Below, piece after piece: positions 7,917-16,755 of a stretch of DNA of 64,000 nt. Source of the DNA: a virus (Duplodnaviria; Caudoviricetes); IMG/VR virus record IMGVR_UViG_3300024272_000051, positions 1 through 64,000 of that record; one strand, 5' to 3'. Numbering within the stretch: the first letter of the stretch is position 1; the number at the start of each line of letters is the position of its first letter. The position numbers and the translations under genes are program-made. The notes under the pieces were generated by a model. That model searched no databases. It was not told where the DNA came from and was given only the letters and a program-made list of their open reading frames with translations.

Positions 7917-8465
7917 ATGAAGAAATATAAAGAAATGTTTCAGCCCATTGGTGTTTTTGAAATAAAATCTAGACTTCGAGTAAGTGACCCGTGTTACGAC
8001 CCAAATGTATGGTGCTCTGGTACGCTATTTGCTAAAAAAGGAAATTGGATCGCCGCAGCAATGAAATTTGACAATCGCAGAACAAATGGGTGGGGAGATC
8101 GCATTGCGATACTTGCAGCAAAACATGAAAGTTGCCCTATTCCCATTGATGCAACAACTATAAACAACACCGCCGCCAACTTAAAAGCGGGCGACTGGTA
8201 CGAAACGGGATTTGAAGTTGGTGTAGACAGCGGCCAAGCAGGATTTTACGACAACGATGCGTTTATTGCCAGAGACGGTGGGAGAAACAGGGATTGGTAC
8301 AACGAAGTGTGCGATATGACAATTCTTAATAACATGGGTGTCTTAGAAGATTGTGTTGTTGTTAGTTCTGGATACGGAGATGGTGGATATCCGTGTTATT
8401 ATCATGCAGATAAAAAAGGACAAGCAGATTACGTCTATGTAATTTTTATCGATCCTGATGATTGA
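7917..8465 (+). CDS. DUF4241-like protein
   Basis: VSDPCY, VGVDSGQAGF, SSGYGDGGY motifs. Confidence 0.7.
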   Translation: MKKYKEMFQPIGVFEIKSRLRVSDPCYDPNVWCSGTLFAKKGNWIAAAMKFDNRRTNGWGDRIAILAAKHESCPIPIDATTINNTAANLKAGDWYETGFEVGVDSGQAGFYDNDAFIARDGGRNRDWYNEVCDMTILNNMGVLEDCVVVSSGYGDGGYPCYYHADKKGQADYVYVIFIDPDD

Positions 8466-8477
8466 GGAGGTGTAAAA

Positions 8478-9026
8478 ATGGGTCTTGATATGAATATCCT
8501 GAGAATCAAAAAGCCGCACTTGGATGCTTACAGAATTTATAGTCGAGACGATCTTGACTGCATAATTCTGGAAGAAGATTGTTTAAAACAGCCGAAGTAT
8601 CAAGAACTTACTCCATATTTGCAGCGAGTTCGTGTTCGGAGTTCGTATGTAGATATGGAAAGAATTAGAAAAGATTACGGTTTGTCTGAAAAATCCTATC
8701 TCGGACATATGAATGCAGATGTTGTTGGGATAAGAGATATTGATAGATCTGTTGAAATCTCGGCTAAAACAATTGAAGAAAAATACTCCTTCAATAGAGT
8801 GGAGGATTGCTACGTTTGCAATGCCGAAGAAGTTCGGTATTGGCGTAAGGCATATGATGTTCAAGACTGGTTTTATGAAAACATTGAGTCTGAAGTGGAA
8901 AATACCGGATATTATCTTTTGTCAAAAGATTTGCTTGAAGAGTTTAACGAGGCGTGGCCGGAAGACAGTGTTTTAGTCGAAGATCCTGATGAAGAGTCTG
9001 CCCTTTATTATTGGGAGTGGTATTAA
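8478..9026 (+). CDS. Hypothetical phage protein (MGLDM..YWRK)
   Basis: ORF with GGAGG SD. Confidence 0.7.
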   Translation: MGLDMNILRIKKPHLDAYRIYSRDDLDCIILEEDCLKQPKYQELTPYLQRVRVRSSYVDMERIRKDYGLSEKSYLGHMNADVVGIRDIDRSVEISAKTIEEKYSFNRVEDCYVCNAEEVRYWRKAYDVQDWFYENIESEVENTGYYLLSKDLLEEFNEAWPEDSVLVEDPDEESALYYWEWY

Positions 9027-9028
9027 TA

Positions 9029-9391
9029 ATGATTAGACTTACACTAACTGATGAACAAGCAAAGATTGTTTCTATTGCAACCGAGTTTTATTCTCGTGTT
9101 AGAATTGGGCAGTTTGATGAAATTATTTGGCATACTCTTGATCTATCAATCAACACAGAAGAATTCTGTCAACGTAGAGATAAGGCAGAGCGCCTACTCT
9201 TCGCTGCAAGAAAGCAACTGTACCCAGAACTGAATGGTATCGGACATTCTTTTGGTATGGGGAAATTTAAAGATGCAGATATGAGCTTTGATGTTTATCA
9301 AGTAATCCGACACGCAATGGGAGATGATAGAACTCCCTTTAGTTATTATGAATTGCCAAAGTGTGAAGTAGTGAGAGGTGCGGATGAATAA
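9029..9391 (+). CDS. Hypothetical protein
   Basis: Tiled ORF. Confidence 0.6.
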   Translation: MIRLTLTDEQAKIVSIATEFYSRVRIGQFDEIIWHTLDLSINTEEFCQRRDKAERLLFAARKQLYPELNGIGHSFGMGKFKDADMSFDVYQVIRHAMGDDRTPFSYYELPKCEVVRGADE

Positions 9392-9836
9392 TCTGGAAGC
9401 AGCTAATGTTCTCGTAGCTATGAAGTCCGACATGGTTGATGCAACTTGCAATATGACTAATAGAAATCCGATGCAAGGGGTGTTGACACAGAGAGTTGAA
9501 GCGATAAATGTTGCTATTTCTGAGTTGGATAAACATAGAAATGTCAAAAAAATTGATTTCTGCAGATGTCCATGGTGCGAAAGCGACGCTAAAGTTCATA
9601 CATTTATATCTAAAATTGTTGAGCTCCCCACCCCAAAGAGACTCTTTGGAAAATGGTCACTGCTAAAAATGCGATATAAAGACATTCCGATACAATACTG
9701 CGTCGAATGTTCTGCGTTTTGCGAAGGATTTGCAAAATTCTCAGATGTCTGTTGTGGGAACACAATAGAAGAAGCAACGATTGCTTGGAATGAGATGGTA
9801 AATAGGATTGGATGGGAGATCAAAATGGATAACTAA
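9384..9836 (+). CDS. Hypothetical protein with Lar-like CPWC Zn motif
   Basis: CPWC...CVEC...EATIAWN. Confidence 0.55.
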   Translation: MNNLEAANVLVAMKSDMVDATCNMTNRNPMQGVLTQRVEAINVAISELDKHRNVKKIDFCRCPWCESDAKVHTFISKIVELPTPKRLFGKWSLLKMRYKDIPIQYCVECSAFCEGFAKFSDVCCGNTIEEATIAWNEMVNRIGWEIKMDN

Positions 9837-9845
9837 AAATCGCAT

Positions 9846-9922
9846 GGGTCTATAGCACAATCGGTTAGTGCATCCGGCTCATAACCGGACGGTTCTGGGT
9901 TCGAGTCCCAGTGGACCCACCA
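9846..9922 (+). tRNA. tRNA(CAT), probably Ile2
   Basis: TCCGG-CTCATAA-CCGGA; body resembles Firmicutes Ile2; no initiator features. Confidence 0.85.
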
Positions 9923-9926
9923 ATAT

Positions 9927-10018
9927 GCCCCTGTAGCTCAACGGTAGAGCAGCGGGTTTATACCCCGTAGCGCCAGATAAGCGGCAGGTTTAGGGTTCGA
10001 ATCCCTACAGGGGCACCA
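9927..10018 (+). tRNA. tRNA-Ile(TAT) with long variable arm
   Basis: GCCCCTG/CAGGGGC acceptor, GCGGG-TTTATAC-CCCGT, ~21-nt variable region, ACCA. Confidence 0.85.
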
Positions 10019-10038
10019 GACTTTTGGAGGTAATTATT

Positions 10039-10242
10039 ATGAAGAGTTATGAAGAACCTGTAGTAAAAGCTGGTTGTAAATACACTTTCGAAATACCTGG
10101 TGTTGGCAGTTGCTGCAATGCATACAGCGAAAGTAAGCACCCAAGAGGATATCATTGGGCTCATTACCCTAATTGTTGTAACAAAGATTGTCCTCTGGTA
10201 CATCCGGAACTGCTTGAAGGTGCAATCCTGGAGGAGAAGTGA
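10039..10242 (+). CDS. Small Cys-rich hypothetical protein
   Basis: GGAGG SD. Confidence 0.55.
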   Translation: MKSYEEPVVKAGCKYTFEIPGVGSCCNAYSESKHPRGYHWAHYPNCCNKDCPLVHPELLEGAILEEK

Positions 10243-10302
10243 TATGTGGACCGAAAGCTGTGCAGTGCTTAATCCATATGAAGCAATGAGAGGAAGAGAA
10301 AC

Positions 10303-10548
10303 ATGTATCAAATCAACTTGGTTTATGGGTATCAAGAGGGTGAGTGCGGCATTTATCATGCTTTTGAGGCGTTTGACCCGAATGAGAAAATAGACTTTGA
10401 AAAGGTATCTGAACATATAGCAGAAACGCTTGACACAACAACCGACGATGTCAACTATAACTGCAACATGATGTATATAAATGTTCCGGAAGAAACAGTA
10501 GACAGGATCATAAAAGACTATATTGCTAACAGAGGAGTCGAAACATGA
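10303..10548 (+). CDS. Hypothetical protein
   Basis: Tiled ORF. Confidence 0.6.
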   Translation: MYQINLVYGYQEGECGIYHAFEAFDPNEKIDFEKVSEHIAETLDTTTDDVNYNCNMMYINVPEETVDRIIKDYIANRGVET

Positions 10549-10781
10549 ATATTGAGTTCAAAATTAAAGGCGTGACGTTAGATGCAAGCGACCTCTGTAT
10601 CATTAATCAATACTACGAAGCGGCTTGTACAGCGGAGTATTTGCTTGACAACTATGAGCAGGTAGCAAATGAACAGAAAGCTCTTGATCTTGGGTACCAA
10701 GTGAGACGCGAAATGGACAAGTACGGATATTTAGAAGAAGATGCTATTGATATAGTGTTGCGGAGGAATTTTAATGTTTGA
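10545..10781 (+). CDS. Hypothetical protein
   Basis: ATGA overlap, SD. Confidence 0.65.
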   Translation: MNIEFKIKGVTLDASDLCIINQYYEAACTAEYLLDNYEQVANEQKALDLGYQVRREMDKYGYLEEDAIDIVLRRNFNV

Positions 10782-10935
10782 CGAAGCCTGTAACGAACTA
10801 AGAGACATCATTCGCTATGCAGTCATGAAAAGCGACAAGTTTGTCGGAGAATGCGTTGGCATTAGCTGCACAGACGAGGGTCTTGCTATCACTATTGGTG
10901 ATAAGCTGTATGGTGTCACTATTTTTTCTGTATAA
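10774..10935 (+). CDS. 53-aa hypothetical protein (below ORF track cutoff)
   Basis: GGAGG SD; MFDEACNELRDII... Confidence 0.55.
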   Translation: MFDEACNELRDIIRYAVMKSDKFVGECVGISCTDEGLAITIGDKLYGVTIFSV

Positions 10936-10972
10936 AACTGTAGTTTGATAAATAAAAAAGGCGGATTTATAA

Positions 10973-11383
10973 ATGAATGTAAGTGATCAGCTTATCAGTG
11001 TGTTAAATACACTGTGTGAAAAGTTTGGTATTGTGATTGATTGGTCACAGAAAAACATTCTGCCGTATGCACAAGAATTGGCAGAAAAGTGTATCAGGTT
11101 TGAAATTATAACAAGCATTGCTACATGTGTAATGTTGTATATTGCCGTAGCAATTTCTTGGATGTTGGCAGCACATTTTCACAAAATAGTTAAAGCAACC
11201 GATTATGGATATAATCCAGATTATTTTTTGCCATGGATGGCAGTAATCTTCTGGATTTTACTTGCGGGATTTTCGATTGCTGCCGTTATAGTAACGGCTT
11301 TTCAAACAATGGATGTAATTACGTGCTTTGTCCTGCCAGAAAAACAAATTGTGGAGCTTGTCTCAAGCTTGACAACAACTTAG
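10973..11383 (+). CDS. Membrane protein
   Basis: Two TM segments. Confidence 0.7.
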   Translation: MNVSDQLISVLNTLCEKFGIVIDWSQKNILPYAQELAEKCIRFEIITSIATCVMLYIAVAISWMLAAHFHKIVKATDYGYNPDYFLPWMAVIFWILLAGFSIAAVIVTAFQTMDVITCFVLPEKQIVELVSSLTTT

Positions 11384-11405
11384 ACCATAGAATTGGAGGA
11401 CATTC

Positions 11406-11879
11406 ATGCAAAAACAAAATACAATTGGAGAATTTGCAGGTAAATATTATTTCCTGAGCAACTTTTATCCTGCACCGGTAACATGTTTTGGACATACATT
11501 TCAGAACAACGAAGCTGCCTTTCAAGCTGCAAAGTGCCCTGCACGTATGCAGGAGTTTTGTGGACTAAACCCGTCGGAGGCCAAACGCCTTGGTAGGCGC
11601 GTTTATCTCCGTACTGACTGGGAAGACATCAAGGATGATGTTATGTACGAAGTTTGTAAAGCAAAATTCTCCCAGAATTCTAGTCTTGCGGTTCTCCTGT
11701 TAATGACCGGTAACGCGGAACTCATTGAGGGAAATACGTGGGGAGATCGAGTTTGGGGGATGTGTGACGGAGTGGGAGAGAATCGGCTCGGCAAGATCCT
11801 GATGAAGATCAGGGATGAGTTTAACATTGAACACACACAGACAAAGGAAGTGGGTGTTGACAGTGGTTGCCCGGTGTAA
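11406..11879 (+). CDS. NADAR (YbiA-like) N-glycosidase
   Basis: FLSNFY, EAAFQAAK, AKRLGR, DW, KAKF, IEGNTWGDRVWG, GENRLGKILM motifs. Confidence 0.9.
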   Translation: MQKQNTIGEFAGKYYFLSNFYPAPVTCFGHTFQNNEAAFQAAKCPARMQEFCGLNPSEAKRLGRRVYLRTDWEDIKDDVMYEVCKAKFSQNSSLAVLLLMTGNAELIEGNTWGDRVWGMCDGVGENRLGKILMKIRDEFNIEHTQTKEVGVDSGCPV

Positions 11880-12182
11880 AATGAATGGAAAAGAAACGCG
11901 GTTGCCCTGCTCTGCAGTTGCCCGCCCTTTGTTTGGAGATTGTCTAGTTGAGTATGAAAAGCATTATAACGCCAATGCAAAACAAACCAAGGCAGATTGT
12001 ATCAGGGTGATGCCAGATGAAAAGATGGCAAAATACCTTGTTGAAATAGGGTGGGATTGTCACTTGTGTTCTGAGCATAGACGACTTGACAACGAGCCGT
12101 TGTTTCGAGAAGAAAAGTGCGACGAGCAATGTGAGAAGCATTGTCTTGAATGGCTCAAGAGTACAGTCTAAGAGGTGTATAT

Positions 12183-12536
12183 ATGGAAGAATGTGTAAAC
12201 TGCGGAGCTCCTACACACACCATACTTTCAGGTGTTGGACCGCTGTGTAAGGAATGCCGACAGAAACGAAAAGAAGACGAAGTAATTGCCAAGTCGAAGA
12301 CGCTCCAGAAATGCTCAGATTTTAAGTCGTGGGATAGCGGCGATATGTCAGAGCTGTTCTGGCTGCATCTTGGTAGATACATAAAAGAGCCAAATCAAGA
12401 AAGCTTGCGATATATGAGCATGGCACTGGCCTGGGCTTGTCATGATAATCATGGGATTTCAAATTCATTTTATCATGCGTTGAAATGGGCTGGCATTGAT
12501 TTGTGGTCCGAAGAACGAAAATGGGCAAAAGACTGA
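12183..12536 (+). CDS. Zn-finger hypothetical protein
   Basis: CVNC...LCKEC. Confidence 0.55.
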   Translation: MEECVNCGAPTHTILSGVGPLCKECRQKRKEDEVIAKSKTLQKCSDFKSWDSGDMSELFWLHLGRYIKEPNQESLRYMSMALAWACHDNHGISNSFYHALKWAGIDLWSEERKWAKD

Positions 12537-12975
12537 GGAGGGTATGACACTTGAGTAGGAAGAGGTTTGTGAAAAAGATGATGGCATTAGGACAATCTCG
12601 CAATATGGCAAACAAACAGGCTAACATCATCAAACTTACCGGCAGTTATGATGGTGCTTATAAACTCTGCTCTAATATTCTTCTTAGCGCATTAGAACGG
12701 ATGAAAGGCTGATTTGGTATGGACACAAGACGAACTGTCGTTACATATTGGGAAGATAGTATAAGTTGCGTCGATACAATTGAAATTGAGTCTTCTGACC
12801 GTGTAGATTTTTTGCGACAGATGCTCGAACACGCAGAAAATCTTGAAAAAGAAGGATATGAAATTGCCGGGATGCGGCATGATTACGAAGGTGCTTTATA
12901 AGCTTGTATGATGATTTTTAGCTCTTGGTTACACAAAAAACGAGGCAAAACTGCTTACAAAGGAGATAATTCAAA

Positions 12976-13258
12976 TATGGTAGATATTAAATTAGAGCAT
13001 GGACAGAACGGATACGATGTCGTGGGTGAATACATCAGAAAGTATTGGAAACACAACGTAGAAGATACTGTCATTGTCTCTATCGGTATTTCTTACGATG
13101 GAGATACATACGAGCTAACAAAGCAAGTTGCGTCACCAATGGGATTTGACGATGTTGAATTCCTGTATGATTGGTGGGAAGGCGAGAAGTTCATTAAGAT
13201 TTTCGGTATTAAGAGTGTTGGTGAACTCGACATTTCTGGAGGCTTATATGAAGAATGA
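12976..13258 (+). CDS. Hypothetical phage protein
   Basis: AAGGAG SD; DWWEGE motif. Confidence 0.55.
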
Positions 13259-13601
13259 TCGGAAGTCGAACGCCGCGCAAGATATCAATGAAAAGCTTAT
13301 CAACCACATAAGAGGTGCACTTTTGGGGACAAATTCAGAGCAAGACAATAGGGAATTTACCAGACTACTCATAGATATAGCTAATGGTGCCACAGCATAT
13401 AAGCAAAAGGTAGATCCTGTTTGGGAAGCTATAGAAACAATTGAACTTTTTCTTGATGAGCTCGATGAGAATTGTGGCCTGTTGTTATTGCAATACGGCC
13501 CAGAAGCAGGTGATGCTATCGAAACCATACGCTCTTGGTATATTGAGCAACTCGATAAGTTCGATGATGATGAGAGAAACTGCCCGGACGCCATTGAGTG
13601 A
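13248..13601 (+). CDS. Hypothetical protein
   Basis: GGAGG SD before ATG 13248. Confidence 0.55.
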   Translation: MKNDRKSNAAQDINEKLINHIRGALLGTNSEQDNREFTRLLIDIANGATAYKQKVDPVWEAIETIELFLDELDENCGLLLLQYGPEAGDAIETIRSWYIEQLDKFDDDERNCPDAIE

Positions 13602-13632
13602 TACAGATATATAAAGAATTGGAGTGAAATGT

Positions 13633-14220
13633 TTGACCTGTATTATAGGATTTGCGGATCGAAAAAATGGAGTTTCATGGATTGGCGGAGACAGCCTTGG
13701 TAGCAATGGATACACAAAAGCTGTCGAGATGCCATCTAAAGTATTTAGAAACAACACGTTCGACAACGTTCTGATTGGCGGAACGACGACGTTCAGACAT
13801 TTGGATTTGCTAAAGTACTCAGACAGTTTATTCGATGAGGTTGATTTACTTAAAAAGACGGAAATTGACCATAGATTTATGGTTACTAAATTTATTCCCA
13901 GAGTAATAGCTTTGTTCAAAGATGGTGTGGTACATGAGGGCGAAAAAGACCGTGGCGGAAATTTTATTGTGGCAACCCCCGGCAAGGTATTTGAAGTACA
14001 GGGCGACTATTCAGTACTTGAGCCGGAGCTTGGAATTTGCGCAGTAGGGTGTGGCGAAAAAGTTGCAATGGGAAGTCTTCTCACTACAAAGGATTTGGAC
14101 ATGCCGCCGGAGGAAAAGATCCTCAAAGCATTAGAGGCAGCTGAACAATATTGTTGCGGTGTCCAGCGTCCATTCCGTATCCTGTGTACAGATGGCAGAG
14201 ACGAGATTATTATCAAATAG
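13633..14220 (+). CDS. HslV/proteasome-beta-like Ntn hydrolase
   Basis: TTG start gives (M)TCIIG..GGDS with Thr1 nucleophile, KVF, AVGCG. Confidence 0.75.
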   Translation: MTCIIGFADRKNGVSWIGGDSLGSNGYTKAVEMPSKVFRNNTFDNVLIGGTTTFRHLDLLKYSDSLFDEVDLLKKTEIDHRFMVTKFIPRVIALFKDGVVHEGEKDRGGNFIVATPGKVFEVQGDYSVLEPELGICAVGCGEKVAMGSLLTTKDLDMPPEEKILKALEAAEQYCCGVQRPFRILCTDGRDEIIIK

Positions 14221-14507
14221 GAGTGAACGGTTTGCATTTCATTGGCGGTTGTAAAAAGGTAATCATTACTCAGAATGATGATTGTACATCTAAAATAGAG
14301 TTTACTGGATGCAAACTCATATATGACGGTAGAGAAGTAGAGGCCAATATTGTTTTTCCAAAAGTTTCAGGGATTGATGCGAGTGCAGTGAGCGAGATAA
14401 AAGACTTCCACCAAATATATGAGTTCTCTACGGGAAGCATAGATGAAGATCAGACCATATATACGATATGCATACCAGAGTAATGTAGAAATTGGAGGTC
14501 TGCCCTA

Positions 14508-14783
14508 ATGAATATCACAGATGCTTTGGCACCGTACTTTTGGGGAGATATTACGCTTGAAGAAGCGACGGAAAATGCGGCACAACTGTTTGTTGAAACC
14601 TATGTTAAAGGGTCGTTTGTTTGTGAGTGGTGTGGAAAAATTATTTATCCAAAGGTAACCACAAATGAACACGGGATATTTGTGGAGAGCAACAGCGCAG
14701 AACTGCGCGGCGGTGTTGGTAACGCTTGCATTGCAAAGAATATTTGTGAAGCGTGCTACCAAAAAGTGAATATGAAAGGTTAG
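14508..14783 (+). CDS. Zn-finger hypothetical protein
   Basis: CEWC...CEAC; GGAGG SD. Confidence 0.55.
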   Translation: MNITDALAPYFWGDITLEEATENAAQLFVETYVKGSFVCEWCGKIIYPKVTTNEHGIFVESNSAELRGGVGNACIAKNICEACYQKVNMKG

Positions 14784-14809
14784 TTTGATGAGCAAATTAG
14801 GGGGATGTT

Positions 14810-15064
14810 ATGAGAAGTGAATGGTACGAAATTCCGGTACTTGTAGAGCGCAATAAAAAGGAACTTGTGGTTCCTGCTAATCAGGTACAAAAGGGCGATA
14901 AAGTATGGTTCGCATGGTCTGGTGTTTCTCATATCGCTGCAGGACATATTGTTGATGACGAAGAAGAAATTGTGTACATAGAAATCAACAACGGGGCCGA
15001 TTGTTGGCCGGCGGAAATGTTTTTGAGCGAAATCAAAAATGCAAGGAAGAAGGAAGCATCATAG
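14810..15064 (+). CDS. Hypothetical protein
   Basis: Tiled ORF. Confidence 0.55.
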   Translation: MRSEWYEIPVLVERNKKELVVPANQVQKGDKVWFAWSGVSHIAAGHIVDDEEEIVYIEINNGADCWPAEMFLSEIKNARKKEAS

Positions 15065-15375
15065 TGAAATGGAATGTGTTCTACCATGATCCCAATAAAG
15101 ATTCAATAGAGGTTTTTAACATCTTTGAGCACAGTGGATTTTTTAAGGATATTGAGGATGCGCACAAGAAGTGCAAGAACAAATATGACTTTGCCATAAA
15201 ATTAGAGTCGTCCTTGCTATATTACTTCTGGAGTAAGTGCGAATGGGAAACTATTATTGCACCATGGTGCGGAAGCCAGATTAACAAGCCAAAGAAGGTA
15301 GATGTGTACTGGCAAGTAATGAATTGTTGGGATGCATTTGTAGATTATGTGTGGACTCATTACAACTCAAAATAA
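15064..15375 (+). CDS. Hypothetical phage protein
   Basis: WNV..FNIF..YYFWSKCEWE..KVDVY; GTG start inferred. Confidence 0.6.
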   Translation: MKWNVFYHDPNKDSIEVFNIFEHSGFFKDIEDAHKKCKNKYDFAIKLESSLLYYFWSKCEWETIIAPWCGSQINKPKKVDVYWQVMNCWDAFVDYVWTHYNSK

Positions 15376-15401
15376 ATATTTAATTAAGGTGGTATGTACA
15401 T

Positions 15402-15947
15402 ATGAAAATCCTTGTTGTTGTTGATATGCAAAACGACTTTGTGGATGGAGCATTGGGCACAGCGGATGCCGTTGCAATCGTTCCCAAGGTTGTCGAGAAG
15501 ATCAATACTTTTGATGGAATTTTTGCAGTAACGCATGACACACATCATTCAAACTATATCGATACGCAGGAGGGGGAGAACCTGCCTGTGATTCATTGTA
15601 TCGAAGACACCGAGGGATGGATGTTGGCGGCGCCTGTATTCGAAGCGTTGGATAAAAGAGTCCAGGGCGGAGTAAGATCCGAGGTTTTTCTTAAACCTAC
15701 ATTCGGCTCTGTTGAATTGGCTGACTGGCTGACTCAGATCGATAGAAAGGAAAAAGTTGACGAGGTAGTCCTTGTTGGTCTGTGTACCGATATCTGTGTT
15801 ATCTCCAACGCTATGCTTATCAAGGCGTTCATGCCCGAAGTGAAGATCACTGTTGATGCATCTTGCTGTGCCGGTGTTACTCCGGAAAGCCATAAGAATG
15901 CATTAGAGGCAATGAAAATGTGCCAAATCAATATCGAAGGAGCATAA
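15402..15947 (+). CDS. pncA: Nicotinamidase (cysteine hydrolase)
   Basis: VVDMQNDF, THDTH, HC, K, GLCTDICV catalytic and metal motifs. Confidence 0.9.
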   Translation: MKILVVVDMQNDFVDGALGTADAVAIVPKVVEKINTFDGIFAVTHDTHHSNYIDTQEGENLPVIHCIEDTEGWMLAAPVFEALDKRVQGGVRSEVFLKPTFGSVELADWLTQIDRKEKVDEVVLVGLCTDICVISNAMLIKAFMPEVKITVDASCCAGVTPESHKNALEAMKMCQINIEGA

Positions 15948-15950
15948 GGT

Positions 15951-16739
15951 ATGATTACAGTCAATGGTTGTATTGTCAATTGTACGCAGTTCCCTGATGG
16001 CACTTCGTCTATGAGATGCGAAAACTATGGAAGTGGTAAAAACATTATTGAATGGAAGTTTGACGGGGATCACGAATGTATCATTATTTGGCATTTGGTT
16101 CATCATATTCGTGCCAATGATCCCGAAACTTGTATCTTTTTATTCTTGCCCTACATTCCAAATGCAAGAATGGACAGAGTCAAGGCGTGCGACGAGGTGT
16201 TTACACTGAAGTGGTTTGCAGAGTTTATTAATGCCCTCAACTTCACAAAAGTCTTTGTCGAAGACCCTCATTCTAATGTAAGCGCTGCACTAATCGACAG
16301 AGTTGACATTAAGGGTGTTGGGGCGAATGTAAGAGCTACCATTAATCTCATTGGGGCGAACAAGGACGAAGTCTTGTTCTGCTACCCAGATGAAGGGGCA
16401 ACAAAGAAGTATTCTGACCAGATCAAGGGAGAATATGTGTTTGGCATTAAACACCGAGACTGGCGCACCGGCAATATCCAGAAGTTTGAATTGGTTGGAG
16501 CAGATAAGGTTCGTGGAAGAACTGTTCTTATCGTCGATGACATTTGTTCTCGTGGCGGTACATTTATGCATACTGCTAAGGCTTTGAAAGAAGCGGGCGC
16601 AGGAAAAGTGTTCCTGTACATTACTCACTGTGAGAATACAATCTTCAACGGAGAGCTGCTTAGCAGTGACCTTATCGAGCATATTTATACTACAGACAGC
16701 ATTTATCGTGGTTGCCACAAAAAGATAACTGTGCTGTAA
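15951..16739 (+). CDS. Prs-like pyrophosphokinase (Adps-like)
   Basis: FPDG, PYIPNARMDR, DPHS, PDEGA, IVDDICSRGGTF; short 262 aa; adjacent to NAMPT-like gene. Confidence 0.85.
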   Translation: MITVNGCIVNCTQFPDGTSSMRCENYGSGKNIIEWKFDGDHECIIIWHLVHHIRANDPETCIFLFLPYIPNARMDRVKACDEVFTLKWFAEFINALNFTKVFVEDPHSNVSAALIDRVDIKGVGANVRATINLIGANKDEVLFCYPDEGATKKYSDQIKGEYVFGIKHRDWRTGNIQKFELVGADKVRGRTVLIVDDICSRGGTFMHTAKALKEAGAGKVFLYITHCENTIFNGELLSSDLIEHIYTTDSIYRGCHKKITVL

Positions 16740-16755
16740 TTGGAGGAATAAAAGA

